From the NCBI GenBank assembly GCA_903856085.1, contig CAIOAT010000047.1, positions 84,634 to 148,633 of the forward strand: a stretch of 64,000 bases of DNA, in the 5' to 3' direction. How positions within the stretch are numbered: position 1 is the stretch's first letter; every line of letters starts with the position of its first letter. Under the pieces are notes generated by a model. That model made no database searches. It had not been told where the DNA came from and was given only the letters and a program-made list of their open reading frames with translations. Of this stretch, positions 27,301-42,300 are shown piece by piece. The position numbers and the translations under genes are program-made. This DNA is from Candidatus Omnitrophota bacterium (GTDB taxonomy: Bacteria; Omnitrophota; Omnitrophia; Omnitrophales; Aquincolibacteriaceae).

Positions 27301-30300
27301 CTCCCACGAATGAGTAACCGAGCGTGATCGTCTTCACATCGGAAGTACCCGTCGGGCTGATCGGAAGCGTCAGATACCCGGTCGGCGGAAATGCCGCTTC
27401 CGTAGCGCCCGTTCCCATAGTATTCCTCGAGATCGCTGCTTCCAGATTATCGATGATCTGATAAGCGCTGGTGCCAAGGTCAGGATCAAAAGTGGCAAGA
27501 AGATCGATCATGGATTTGTATTCGTCGAGATAATGCGTGTTCGTCGGCACCCGGGTCGCGTTATGGATCGCCGTTCCGTAACAAGCGGTCGCCGTACCGG
27601 CCGAGGGGCAATCGGGGAACATCGCATCCACCAGCTTCCCGCTTGGTATCTTGAAAGGATTGAATTTTGGATCGCTGATCTTACGCGCGACCGCGACACC
27701 GTTCTCGGTCCCTTGCGGGATCCACTCGTCGCTCGCCCAGATCTGTCCGGCAATGGTTCGGATCTCCTGGCCCAGAACTCCGCCGGCCTTGAGGGTCGCA
27801 TTGGTCGAGCTGGGATCTCCCACCAGTTTCTTGAGCCGGGTCAGCAGATTATTCAGGAGAGCCTTCATTTCCGTGGCGGCCGCAAGTCTTTCCTTGGCCA
27901 TCTCAAGCTCGCGGGTTTTCACGAAGGCCGAGCGTTCCAGAGCATCCACCTTGGATTCCGCGGCGACAAGTTCCGCCTTCTTCGTGTCGTAAGCGGCCTG
28001 GGCATCGGCAAGTTTTTTCTCAAGCGAAGTATCTTTGTAGGTGCCGTCAGCATTCAGTGCGCGCCAGGCATCGCTTGCTTCTTTAAGCATTGCGCTTACG
28101 GTCTGATACTTAGCGGCCTTGGCATCCAGATTGGTTTGCGCCAAGTCATAGGCCGTTTGGGCCGTCTGCGGTTGGTTCGGCGTGACAACACGATCCATCC
28201 CGTTGCCGCCGGATCCGCCAAGTTCGCGGAGAACATCGATGATCAGCTGGGCCGATTCGACGCCGATTCCCGTGGGAAGCGCGGCATCCGCGACAAGGGT
28301 GTTCAAAGGATCGGCGTTTTCTAAAATCTTGGTAAGATCGAAAACATAACTCGAAGTCGCGGGCGGCATCGACACCATCGTTCCATCGTTGGCCGTCACA
28401 AGCGTGGTTCCCTGCGTCACGGAGAGCTGCTTCGCGGTCAGATCCAGATTGAACGCGCCGGCGCTTCCCTGTAGCTGATAGAAATCGCCGCGGATGCCTC
28501 CGGTGCCACTCGCAGGATTGGTGGAATTCCCGCCCGTTCTCCACGCGGAACCAAAAAGCTTATCCGCGATGGCGGCATAGGCCCTTTCGGCCTCAGGCAA
28601 GGAGTCGAGCTGCGACACAAGTTCCAGCTGATCGTCAGTCGCAAGCTTCGGCAGGGTATCCTTCAAGGGATCGCCCACTTCGGTGGTAACGCCCGTGAAC
28701 GGGTCCCAACGCTTGAAAGTCGTCACCACGCTACCCGTTTTATCCGTCGTTGGCAGGGTCACGACTGTTTTGATGGTGATGCACTCGTAAGTGCCGCACT
28801 CGTCCGGATAATCCGGACTTTTCGTAGCGCCCGTGTTGGTATTTTGGATCTCCGTCTTGAAAGTAATCGTTTTGGTGATCACATCCTGACCACCCACGGT
28901 GGTCTTTGCTCCCGGAACATTCACGAGATCGTTCAACCGGGTCAGCACGGCCAGTTTATGCTGGGCATCGCGTAACGATGCGACGGGAGCAGTGACGATA
29001 CTGCCTGCCGCAAGGAGCTGGATGCCGATATCCCCGGTCATGTATTTCACGAGATCCACCAGCTGGTTCTTGTTCGCGGTAAGGACGGTCGTGCCGTTGG
29101 CGCTTTGCAACGCCTCCGATTCCTGAATGAGGCTCACGATCTCCGTCAAGCGCGCCTGAACATGTTTCGCTTCGGTGACCGCGCTCTGCTGCTGGCTCGA
29201 GGCCTCCTCGCTGGCCTTGATGAACATCTCATACAGGGCCGCGGTTGCGCCCTCATCCTTCTCATCCTTGAGCATTGACACGAGCGTCTTCTGGACCTCA
29301 ATGGCCTCCGTCGCTGCATCCCGGTATGCCAGCGACTTATAATAGGAAATGATTGTGTCCCCGAGGCCGATCGCGAGGCGCCCGATATCGATGGCGTCCT
29401 GGACGCTGCCTTTCACAAGATCGATCTCGGATTTCATGAAAGCATTGTCGGGATACCGTGCGGACAAGGCCTTGGCATCGTCATAGAGCGCTTCCAGGCC
29501 CTTAAAGTTCTCGGACTCGCTTCCATATATGTAGCGCTGCAGCGCCTCGATCGTCGCGGTGGCCTGCGCGGAAATCTCGCTGTCCGACATGGTCTTGGAA
29601 CTACCGGTGAGGTTCGTACGGAACGCCGTAAAGAAGCTGAGGTCGCTCAAGATCTGATTGATCACGTCCGCATTGAAGACCGCCGCGGTGACTCGGTCCT
29701 TGACGATCTTTTCGGCATTACTGACCTCGACAAGCTTATCCTGCTCGGCAGCCAAGAGTCTGATCCGCGCCTCGGTCTCGAGCTTCGCCTCGCGGGCCTG
29801 CTGTTCCGCCGTATTCATCGCGTTAGCCGCGGTCTGATAGGTGTCGCTGAAGCTGGCAAGGACGGGGTTCGCATCGATACTCTTCTTCAACTGGGAGGAT
29901 TCAAAACTGTCATTGGCCAGCTGCCAGTTGGATTTTGTTTCCGAATCGCGCAGGATCTGATCTTCCATTTGGGACAGGGGCTTTTGCACCTCATTCGCGA
30001 TCAAGTTCCGCAGGTTCCCCATCTCGGTTTGAACGCTGAGGAGCTGATTTTTGAGAACACTTTGCCCCAGCGACGAAGAGGTTTGATAGGCATCGTTCAA
30101 CGAGGCCTCTTCTTTCGAGAGATCAAAATAGATATCGTTCAGAGTTGAGAGTTTCTGGCGATAGGCCTCTGCCATTGCGGGATAAGTCATGTCCTTCCAC
30201 AACTGATCCGACGAGGATTCCAGGGCCGTGTGGGTCGCGGTAAGTTGCGCCGTCACGGTGGACACATCGATCGCAACTCCCGAGCTCTTCATCGTGGTCA

Positions 30301-33300
30301 GCTTACTCACAACTTTGGTGTATTCCCTGCTCACATCGTTCACGAACGCCGTAAGCGCATTGGCATCAAACACCGTTCCGGCCGGCAGGGCCAGCGAATC
30401 GATCGCCATCGTTTTTAATGCATTCTCGAGACTGGTCAGCTTCCCGCTAATATCAAAGGGACCTCCCGAGTTCACGGCCGCCGCAATATCCTTGATCATT
30501 TGTGACTTAAAGGCGGTAACAACGTACAAGGGATTGAGCATATCCTGCCACAATTGCTCGGCTGAGGATTCCAAGGCCGCATTCGCGGTCGCAAGCTGTG
30601 CAGCTGCTACGGACGCATCGACCGTTCCGGCCGCGCCCTTCATGGCGCTCAATTGTTTGGTCACCTCCCCGTAGGACTGGACCACGGCAGTCCGGAACGT
30701 CTCGATCGAAGCGTCAAAAACCGAGCCTTCGATGGATGAACCGCCCGGCGCGGAAGCCATTTGCGCGAGAGCTTTGGCCTTCAGATCGTTCGTAAGGATT
30801 GTGATCTGCGATTGGATATCCAAGGACATCCCCGTGTTCACAGCCGCCGTAACCGCCGAGGCCGCCTGAGATTTAAAAGCATTGGCCGGCGCCTGGAGAT
30901 TCGGCTGATCCGCAAGAGTCCCGACCGTTTTTAAGCCGGCCCCGAGGTTCTGAATCTCCGACTGGTAATACTCCAGAGGAATCGTGGTCGCCTGGCTCAA
31001 AACATCAGCCGCTGAAATTATGTCGACCAGCTTTTGCTGAAGCTTCTGCGCTCCGGTCTCCACGTACTTCACGGCATCCAGTTTTCTCGCAAGTTCGGTC
31101 ATCAGTGATGCTGTGGAGAAGATCGCATCATTACGAAGAATTTTCATCTCCGCCGCTTGGGCCTCGTTCTGAAGCGCTATCAGTTTTACTGGATCTGTGA
31201 GCATCTGCTCAGCCTGTTGAGAAGTAACGCTGCTTAAATCCACGGCCATTAAAACGTTATACTGGTCGGACAGATCTTGCGTTTGGTTGATCGTCTCATT
31301 AAGAACTTGGTCTTCCACGTCGGCTAGGACAAGGGTCCCGGCATCGATCTTGGCCTGAAGATCCGTTTTCATCTTTTCCGCATAGATTCCGTTAGCTCTC
31401 GACAGATAAGCCGTCATGGCCGTCTGGATCCCGGTAACACTAAACCGATCGCTTAAGACGGAGCGAGAATTTTCCGGAAGGATTGCGTAGAGTTTCTGGA
31501 AATCGACCATGTCGCCACGCAGGCTAGCAGACGTCACAAGCAGTTCTGCGAACTTAGTCTGAACATCCGTCAAGGTCGCTCCCGGAAGGCTTATCGCGTC
31601 AGCGGTCGCCTGCGCGTCGTCGAGCTCCGCAAAGACGCGGGTACGGATAGCTTCAACATCACGGATCGCAACATTCGTCTTGAGAACCTCGGTCATGGCA
31701 GCGGTCATATCCTCGATCAAGCCGAGCTTTGTCGACGCGGCCTGATACGTTTGACCGAGCGAATCCTTGGTCTCAATCGACGCGTTCATCCCCAACCGCT
31801 CGAGCTCGCTCAGTTTGAGATTCGCCTGTTTTTGGAGATCTTCGGCCTGATTCAAACGATTCGTGAGCTCGGTCACCGAGAGAGTAATATTGGTAGGATC
31901 TGTCAAACTTTGTTTCTGAAGACCATCCACGGCTACCTGTGCGGCGCTGACAGCATTAAGATCCGCAGTGGACGCGGCCAAGGCGGCTGTGTTCGCGGCC
32001 TCATGTTGCGTCTGCACCAGCAAGGACAATCTCGCGGTGTCGGCCTTCAGGGTCTCATATTGCTTGACCAGATCATTCGTCTGATAGTAGCCCGCGTACG
32101 AGCCGTCTGTAGGAGCAGCTTCGGTTCCCGTTGCACCGAATCGGAACTGGTTGAATTTCGCGAGAGTCAGAGCTTCGAGATTTTCGGCGCGTGCGACATT
32201 CACGAGGGCTTGACCAATCACTCCCGCATGAATATAGAAGAGTGGCTGGCCCGGAATGGTGATCGTAGCATTCCCGCTTGCATCCACCGTTGACGTAATA
32301 ATGTCTGAAATTAAAGTGCTCAGAGTTTTCGTCGCGGGGTCGTATTTGATGAACTGGAATTTTCCGTCTGCGGTGCCATGGATCTCGTAATAGGTCCCGG
32401 TCGTTGCTGGAGCAGGATCCGCAAAATAGATCCGGACTTCCCCGGTGTTCTGCAGCCTGGCGTATGCCTGATTGGCGCTCGTGAGCCACGCGTCAGCGCT
32501 CGGATTGTCGAACGTGCCGGCCGTAGAGTCCGTAAAGCTTGCCGAAGAAACGTCCTGGATACTAACGTTGGTTTGCTCACTGTCGAAATCAGGCCCGCGG
32601 TTATCGAGATAGAAGGTGGAGGATGCAAAAAGACCGGTGGCTTCCGCGGTGGAACCGGCAGCATGCATCTGATCGACCACGTTCTGCAGCTGATCTTTCG
32701 CGATTTCCACTTCCTTCTGGACCGATACCTGAAAAACGTCGTTCAGCTTCTTCGTGACATTTTCTAGCTTATCCATTTCGTCAAGCAACGCCGGGGTAAA
32801 AACATTAAGGCGATTTTGGGTATCCGTGAGGGTGTTTTGCACATCCGCCAAGGTCACGTTCCCCATGGCATTGAGGTCCTTCAGATCAAGAGGGAAAGAC
32901 CGCACCATCTCGAGCGCAGCGGCATTTTTCTCGGCAACCGTCGCCGCCCCGAATCGGTCGTTGATCGCATCCACGATATTCTTTAAAAGATTCTTCTGCT
33001 GGGTCAGCATCGATCGCCAGCTTTCCAGGCCGAGGAAAACGGTCTGAGCCATGAAAATGCCGCGCGGCGGGACGTCGGTACCGACATTCCCCATGAAATA
33101 ATCGACAAAGCGGCTGCCATCTGCCGTGGTCGGCGCCGATTTCATGATCTCGTCCGTGACCTGCTTAATGATCCTGAGATAATCGGCGCTAGAAGCGCTG
33201 GTCAGATCCGCGCTAAGTCCCGTAAGCGTCCCAAAATCTTGCAGGATCAGAACCAGGTCTTTTTCATTGATCTTGCCATCGCCATTCTTGTCCAGGTAGT

Positions 33301-36300
33301 CATTACCCAAACTCGTCTTCAGTTTCTCTGCCTCATCGAGCACCTTCTGCAGTTTGGCTACTTCCGCAGGCGACGTCGTGGGATCTGCAATCCGGTTCCT
33401 GACGCTCGTCTCGAGATCGCTCAGGCCGAACGCAAAGATGCTGACCGCGTTCACGAGCTCCGCCTTCTGCCATTGGGAGATCATATCGTTCGTGAACTTA
33501 AGAACAGCTTGATCGCGGGCGATCGCCTGATGCGCGATCCCTTCCAGTTTGAGGACAAAGCTATCAAAGGTTTTGAAGCTCATCAGATCGATGTCGTAAT
33601 TCGACTTGACCAGATCCATGGCGTTTTTCGCGTTCTGGTAATCCACCGTTGCCTGAACGACCGAGGCGTCACCCGGCGCGAGTTCGCCGGCGCTGACTTT
33701 TTCCATCAGAGTCTGCAAGTCCGTGGTCGCGGTCGACCACACATCACGCGCCGCAAGGTAGCTCTGTTCCTCAGCATTGAGCGTGACCTTCCGCGCCGCA
33801 AGTTCCTGTTGCTTCTGGATCAGGATTGCGAAAAGCTCCGCGGATGTTTCGCTCTTGCCGTCGGGTTGCAAAGTAACTTCACTGCCCGTGATCGTCACCT
33901 GATCAAGACCCATCAAGGCTCCGTTCGAGATCTCCAGCGCGAGATCCTTCAAAGCGGCCAGTGTTTCGACCTGATTGGTATCCGATGCCGTGGCGAGGAT
34001 CGCCTGCACCCTGTCATGGAAGCCTGTGAGGAAATCAGGCAGCACGTCTTCGGGCAGGTCTTTAAGAATGGCCGGATCGAGTTTGTTGAGGAAGGCCTGG
34101 AATGTCTGTTCGAGATTCGTCTCGCCCGGTTTATCCGGAGTCGGAACAGTTTCGGCCTCCGGGTTCCCTGAATTATAGTATTCATGGACCTGGATGGATT
34201 CGACATCCCCGTAGATATAGGCGTTCTTACCGATCAAGTCTTTGACGAAATTGACATCCGCTTCATTGACGAAACCATCCCCGTTCACATCGCGGTAATA
34301 CTGGAGCCTGTCCTGCATGAGCGTGTAATCCGCACCATCGACCTTGCCGTCTTTGTTGATATCGGCCAATTCGGCGGTGCCCTTGTTCTGCAGATCAAGC
34401 AAACCGATCAGCGGGAACATCTTCTCGAAGATGGCCTTATCCAGCATGTCAACCTTGCCGTCCAGATTGACGTCAATCATCCGGCTAATGGCGTTCGTCA
34501 GGGCGCTCACATCTTTGCCGTTCACAAGCTTGTCGAAATTGACGTCCGCGCGCGTCATGAGATCCTTACTGGTCGCACTGTCGATTTTGAACTTGTTCTG
34601 GAACACCTCAAGCCGCCTCATGGAATCCGAGGCTTGCAAGAAATAATCGCCCGCGGTATCCAGTTCGTTCTTGAGGGTGGTATTGCTCGGATTCGCCTCG
34701 CTCAGGGTGTTCAATGCCTTCAAATTTGCCGTGAGCGAGTTCAGGGCACTCTGAGCGCCGCCCGCTAGTGCAGTAATCGCGCTGGCAGTCGTAGCCGAAG
34801 GAGCTTTGGATTCGGCCCTCTGAATGATGCCAAGCGAGGTCAGAATCTCGTTGAGCTTAGTCGCTGCATCCGTCTCGGCCATCTTCATTTTCGCGACAAG
34901 CGCCAGAGCATCGGTATGGAGCTTGTCGTAATTCGCCTTGACCTGCGCGGCGTCGTCCGCAAGGCCTTTGAGCTGGCTATTTTTCGGATTGGCCGCGGCC
35001 TTTTGAGCCACTTCGTTGCTCTTGGCAGTCAACGTGACGCCGGCGGCTTCCAGTTCCCTCAGGATCTTTTCGGCAAGCATCGCGGACGAAGCCGATCCGA
35101 TCGAGGTGTTCAGACGCGAGATCTGCATCGCGAACGCCGAAACCGCGTTCGAAGACAACTGTGCATCGGCCTCCACCTGGGCCATCGCAGCATAAGTCGC
35201 GCCGATCTGCGTGTTCAAGCCGGCGATGACGTCACGAGCCGCTTTCGCAGAGACCCAGTTCGCGTGGATTGACGTGTCGGACTGATTAAGGGATGCCAGC
35301 GTAGCCACATGGCGATCGGCCTCAGCGAGCGCGTCTGCCATCGAGCTCTTGTAGAGCCCGACAATCTTGGAATTTGCCGCAACAATCGCCTGCTCGTTAT
35401 AAAGGACCGCCTGAGCCTTGAGCGCGTCGACTCTCAGTGCCAGATTCGAACCGTGTGTTTCGGCAAGCTCAAGCGTATCCTCGCGTTCCTTGACCGCTTC
35501 TGCCGCCTGATTGATGTCCACTACCTTCGAAGAGGCATCGGAAAGTTTGCTTTGCAGATCACTGTCGCTGAGGTTCGTCTGGAATGCGGTCCGCATCTGG
35601 TCGAGAATTTTCTGGGCAAGCGACCGGTTCAGCTCGGCCGAATCCTGACGAGCCTTCGCTTCGGCTGCCGTCGTCACCTGATTCAAACCGCCCAACAAAG
35701 CGCTGGCGGAATATTGCCGCAGGCCTTCGATCAAAGACAGCGCCGCCGTCCCGTGATCCGCAAGAATCCACTGGGTTGCGGCAGTATCGGCAAACCGGTC
35801 GCGGAGCGCAGCAACGTCCGTCATATTCGAAAAATCAGAAACCGCTCCAATGAAGTCCGCCAAGGACTGAACCGTCTCATCGGCCCGGTAAACGGTAAGA
35901 GCGCTTTCGGGATGAGTGCCGTATCCTGCCATGATCTGAACAAGCCCGTTCAAGTAATTACGGACGGCCGCCTCATCATGCCCCGTGCTGACCCAACCGG
36001 CGATGGCGGCACTCAGTCCGGCCATCACAGTCGCCGTGCCGGAAGTGACCGACAGGACTCCGCTCTTGTTGTAACGGATCACACCGCTCGGGGTCATCAC
36101 GTATTCGTCGACACTACTTGCATGCGCGATATCCACATCGCTCACGCTGAGGTCGGAAGCAGGATGCGTGTGCGCAACAAAATCAGCCGATTGAAGGATA
36201 TAAGCCACCGACTCCGGCAGACTGATAAGCGACTCTTCCCCGCTCGTGAAAAGGACTGTTTTCCCGTAGATCACCGCGATCCCGACTTCTTTATTAAGCG

Positions 36301-39300
36301 TCATAAGCTCCGCAAGGTTCGCCTCCGTAAGGGAATCCACGATCTGCGCCGTCGCGACATGGTCTTGTTTGAGAAGGTCGAGGGTATAAGCAAAAGTACG
36401 GGTCGCCGCATTGTCGTACGTGTACTGCGCGTTGAACGTCTGCGCGGGCAGCAGATAGCCCAAGGATTGAGCGAACGAAGCCAGCGAGTAATTGCCGGCA
36501 AACGCCGCCTGCTCAACCGACTTCTGAGCAAGGCTGATCGCATAATCCTGAATCATGTCAATCTGACGGTTGAGCGTCTCGACATAGATCGCGGAAGAAT
36601 CGGCAGTGACCTCCCCCGAGATCAGGCGGGCATAATTCGCCGCAGTGCGAATATTGACCGTCGTTTCGGCAGGCTGATCAGCCCGTTTCATAAGCGACGC
36701 ATAGCGGTCCGCCGCTTCCTTTTTGGCAAAACCGGCCTTCGTCAGGAGCGTGGCAACATTGGTGCGGTAACCGTTCATATCAGTATTTTCCGATAACCCG
36801 GTAAAGCGGGCCGCGACATCGGAAAGCTCTTTCTGCAGTTTTTCGATCTCACCCAGGAAGCTCGCGGCCATTCCGTTGGATTCTGTGCTCCGGATCACGG
36901 TCAAATAGGTCTGGATCTGCTTGTCGAGCGTAGTGGCAAGGTCGCTCAGGTTCTCGCCGTTAACCCCCGAGGCTAGCGCCTGTTCCAGGTCGATCTTCTC
37001 GGTCCAATAGGTGTGATCAATGCTATCGATCTGCAAGCGGTTGGCGTCGGCTTTCGCCTGGACGCCCGCGTCCGTGATGAGCCCGGTTGCAATACGCAAG
37101 ATACTTTCTTGTTCTGTGCGCCCAAATTTCCCGATAAGTCCAATCAAACTCAGATAGCCATTCTTGCCGTCGATCCCGACCCCGGAGATCCTCGCGGCAA
37201 ATACGTCAGCAAGTGCCGCGAAGGAGGACAGATCGGCGACTGAGTGCGTTTCTGAAGCCCTCATCTCAGCGGCTTGATCTTTCACGGATTCCGTCACCTT
37301 CTGAAACTGTTGATACTCATCTGCGGCCGCCTCACTCTGAGTCCTCAGATCGCCGTTCGTATACTCCGCAGCAGAATCCTGATGGATGCGGAACGCAAGG
37401 CCGCGCGCCTGATCATCCACGGACCCGGCCATCAGTTCAAACTCCGCCATATCGGAAAGGCTCAACGCATCCTGCGCTTTGACTTTCACAAGATCCGCCA
37501 CGGCTTTCAGACCTTCGAATTCATCGAAGGACGAGAGATCCATGGACGCAACGTCATATTTTCCTGAGGACTTCAGTCTCGCGGCCGCGGCATCAAGTTC
37601 CGTTTTAAGATACGTCCTATCGGCAGCGATTGCTCCCAGAACTGACGTCGCTCCGGGCAGAGCGGCCTGCGCCTCGACTCCATAAGCGTCAACTTTCGCG
37701 AGCATTGCCGCAGCCAGTTGGTAGGCTGCTTCGCTGGCGTGGATCGCCGCGGGGGTATTGTCCTTCGCAAGATCCTCGGCCATGGTCAAAAGGGCCTTCG
37801 CCGCCTGAACGGTGGTCTCAACCTCCGTCTTGATTGACGCACCCGAGGTCTTTAGCATCATCAGTCGGCGCGATTCCTTCTCGATCGAAGCGGCCGAGGC
37901 CAGAGCAGCTTCATAGGCCGCATCGGCCACCGCGACCTCCGGTGTGCCGGCGATCGAAGCATAACTACTTTCGGTATAAGCCTGCGCCTGATGAGCCGCT
38001 TCATAGGCGGCCGCAACCATCTGATCTGCGAGTTTCACCAGGGCTTCACTGTAGTTCGCATCCATGCCGCCCGCTGCCATCAGGGACAAGAGCTGACTCA
38101 TCTGCGATGCGAGGGCAGAATTGGATACATTTTCGGTTCTCTGGGCGTTCAATCTCCATTCGGCCTGAACGGCCTCATCTTTGAGATTCGCGATCTGATC
38201 GAGGGTCGCAAGAAGCGGCTGGTAGGCCGATTTAAAGGACGGATTTCCCGCATACTGGCTGAGGATCCACGCGGCCTGACGGTTGAGATCGAGGCTCTCG
38301 ACGGACAGACGGTTGACAACTTCCATCGAGCTGTCCAGTTCAAGCTGTGTAAGGGCGCCCTTCACTCCGTTCACCGCGATCTGCAAGCTGCTCTGGATAT
38401 TGACCATTTGACGAGACAACGCGCCCATAACCTTGAGGTCTGCCTGCTCGCGGATCGAAGTAAAAGTCGTTTCGGCCGTAGCGGCCATCGCACGGATCTT
38501 GTCCATACTGGCCGTCCAGGTCACATCGTTGACATTCAGAAGAGCCTGCACCTGAGCCGCGGCATCAAGCGACCGGACGCGGACCATCACTTTTTCAGCA
38601 AGCGTTGCGGCCGTGAGCGCGATCTTGGCATCGGTGGTCTCGTTCACATCCTGCGCATAAGCGGCTAAGACCGACGCGAGATCATCCACTTTCGTGACGT
38701 ACGACTCCCCCTTGGTCTGGAGCCCGAGTTTTTCGGAAACCGTTAATTCCAGCCCTGTCAGGATATCGTCGATACCGGACGCATTGGACAGCACCACCGA
38801 CAAGTTCGTCTGGAGGGCTTGCGTCATCGCCGCGGAGCGATAGAGTTCCAACACGGTTGCATAGAGGCCCTGCAATTCCTCGCGGCGTGCCCCGACAAAT
38901 GCGTCGAGAGACGAAAGCATCGAGCTCTGCGCTCCCGTCCACTGAGATTCCTGCCGCAGCATCTGATCCTTCATCTGGACCGATTGATCTATCAGGCTTG
39001 CACCCTGACTCAGAACAGCCTGCCGATAAGCGACATCCATTTCGATTGTCTTGTAATCGCTTGTGAGGGACGCCAGCTGTGTGCTCGCTTCCTGGATCTG
39101 CGCCAAAACCTCAGGACTGTTCAAATGACCGTAAGTCATCGTAAGGATGCTGCCGAAAAAGTCCGACATCTTGGACTGGCCGTCGCGCAGGACCGCCATC
39201 ATCCCGTTGATCGCGGCCGTATCGTCCGTGTTGCGGATCGCCTCACGGATCGACGCCATCTGGCCGCGTAGAACATCGATCTGGTTGCTCAAAAGGTTGA

Positions 39301-42300
39301 TCTGGACAAGACTCGAATCCAGGTTCTTGACGCCGTCGGTAACGGTATTCTTCATCGCAGCCATTTTCTGAGCGAGGTCCGTGACCGTCTGATAGGACGC
39401 GGTGATGTCGGCCTGGGTGATATTCTGAACATCCTTCAGGAAACTATAAGCCGCCTTCGCCTGCGTCAATTCCCGGTCAAAAGAATCCCAGAGCACGGCC
39501 ATAGCTTTCAGTTTTGAAACATCCATGCCGGCGGTCATCTCGGCAAGGATCTGTCCGGCCACATCGCTGGAGGCCTGCAATCCTGCGGTCAAGCCCGCGC
39601 CGGCATCGGCAAAGAGAGATCCGCTCTGGTAATAAAGATCCAGATCGGCAAAATTCTGCTCATTGGTTTTCGCCGCCTGCAAAATATCAGAAATAGATTT
39701 TAGGGAATCCGCGTTGATCTTGCCCAAAGAGACCTGGTAGGCAGCCATCAGATTCCGAACGGACGCATCGGCTGCATCCGTGGCCAACGTATGCGCTGCC
39801 GTAACCACACTCAGGGGCTGACCTTTGTAGATGGCAAGATACTGCAGCAACGCATTTTCGGAGCGGACCGCCTTCATGCGATCCGTGAGCGCCGATTCAT
39901 TCTGCGTCGCGGTAGCGAGAAGAGCTTCCGCTTGTTTTGAGAGATCCTGGAGTGAGGCCGCCACATCCTGCAGGAATGTGATCTGGCTCTCAACGTTCGT
40001 CGGAAATTGAGACTGGCTCATCTCTGCCTGCTTCTTCTTGATCTCCTGCGCGACATAAAGCCCAGCTGCTTCGAGGGTCCGCTGCGCCTGAGTCACGGCT
40101 GACTTCGATTTTTCCTTTTGAGCGACCCCGAACGCATCGCGCGCTACCTGAGCGATCGATTCGATCTCGAATCCCGCCCCGGCCGTCTGCGCCTGAATCT
40201 TGGCTGTCACCAGGTTCACATAGGCGATCGCCTTACCTTCATACTCGTTATATTTCTCCACATTCACGGCGATCATAATGTTCGTCGGATCGTTCTTGGC
40301 CAGAGCCGCGAGGGCATCCTTGTCGGCGCTTACTTTCAGGAGCTCATCCTTACCGAGTTTCTCAATTAATTTCAGGGCCTCGGTATTGTCGGTGGTTCCG
40401 CTTGCCTTGAGCAAGCCTTCCAGATAGGCGAGAGTGCCCGCGGTTGGATGAACGATCGAATCCCCATCCGTCTTTTCCGCATCCCTTGCGGCAATGGACG
40501 AGCGCATATCCGTAGCGGCCGCCGTAAGCGCCGCCAGATCCGAAGCGCTTCCGAGATTGGCGGCATAGTTCAGCGCCGCGTCGATCAGCTTGTTGCCCGA
40601 CAGGAGGAAAGCCTCAGTCCGGTCCGTCGCGGTAAAATACGCCTTCGCATCCGTGATGAAGTTCTTCAAGCCGCTGATCTGAGTCGCAGGAGCGATCACA
40701 GTCCCCAGCGAAATACCGGCATTGGCGGCAAGAGTCACCACCGATTGATACAGATCGTTGATCGCCACGAGCTTTTGCGCGACCTGAGTGCGATTCGCCA
40801 CAAGCGTCGTGTTATCCAGATGCTGCGCCGCATAGGCGCTCAGTTGCGCATCAAGATCGGCCGCGGATTGCCCGATCCCCTTCAATAATTCTGCGGCAAG
40901 GCGGAGCGGCGTCCCCGTAAGGTGATCGGCGGCATACTGGGAAATATACTGGGAGGCCGATTCGAATTGCGCCATCTGATCGAGCGCACTCTTGCCGGCC
41001 GTCGAGGCAAACACATCGGCGGAAAGGGCTTGTTCCATCTCAGCGAGCGCGGCTTGCATATCGGCAATCTTGCCCGAAGTCGCGGAGGCAATATCGGAAA
41101 CAGATTGGACCCCGGGATAAACGCCGAGGCGCGACTGGATATTGTCAGATACGAGCTTAGCGCTATCAATGATCGCGCCAGCATCTTCGAGCAGCTTCTC
41201 TTTTGTAGAAACCAGGCCCTGGCTCGCCGCCGCACGGAGATTATTGAAAAGAGTCTGATAAGAATCGATCTCGGCCTGCTGAGCGTACATACCCGCGATA
41301 TCTGAGATCTTGGCACTCGCCTGTTCATAGTGGCTTGAGAATTGGGCCATCTGAGCCTGGAACGCGGCATTCCCTGTGTAGCCCTTGGCCAACTCATCCG
41401 CCATGGATTTCAGCACGGCAAGCGTAGCCTGACGCGCGAGAATATCCGCCTGAGTTCTGCCCTGCAGGGCACTTGTGACCAACCCGCCCAAAGCGGCTTC
41501 GATGGAACCCAACTTCAGCGAATCCTCCGCCGCCTTGTCCTGCTGAACCGCCTGCCTATCCTGCGCAGAAACTTCCAGGTCAAAAACGCCATCGATCCCC
41601 TCGATCTGAGTTTGCCAGCCGGAGATTAAAATCTGGTTACTGAGCACGCGAGCCCGGCTCGCGGAAACATCCGTATTCCCCGCCATCGTATTCAGCTTGC
41701 CGGCATCAAGGGCCAGCAAGCCGGATATTTCCGCCAAGCGGTCCTGCGCCTTCTGGATCATATCCGCGAGGGAGAGATCGTTCGCGCCGACAAGATCTGA
41801 AACGAGAACTGCAGGATCCATGCCGGAAGCCTGAAATACCGACTTGTACTGATCAAACAAATTCCCGCGCATCACCGCACCCGGCCGGTTGGCGCCGGTA
41901 TCCGGCGTGATGCCGCTCAGGGCATCAAACAACGCTTCACGAGTTTCTTGATGATTGCCGAGCTGAGTCAAATGAGTCGTTTTATCCGCAACGCTGATCT
42001 GGCGACCGAGAAGCGTAACCAGCGTGTTCAGGAATTCCTGATCCCCCATGGCCGCTTGTTTAGAATCCGCGGCAAAGACGATCTGCTTCAGGAAAGTCGT
42101 CGGCGAGACACCCGTGCTGACTGCTTTGACTATATCTCGCAGTTGCGAATCGCTCAGGGTCCTGCCAAGGAAAACCGTTGCGACGGCATCCATCGAGGAT
42201 CGGGTGGAGACGACTGCCCCGAGCGCCACCACCATACTGAAAAGCATGGCAGCTTCGTGGGCGAATGCATCGCTTTCCTGCGCCGCGCTCACGCCGCCAG

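Noticed and set aside
42200-42260. Possible TM helix AAMLFSMVVALGAVVS
   Set aside because: Only ~16 aa within a helical-bundle region; more likely a buried core helix.
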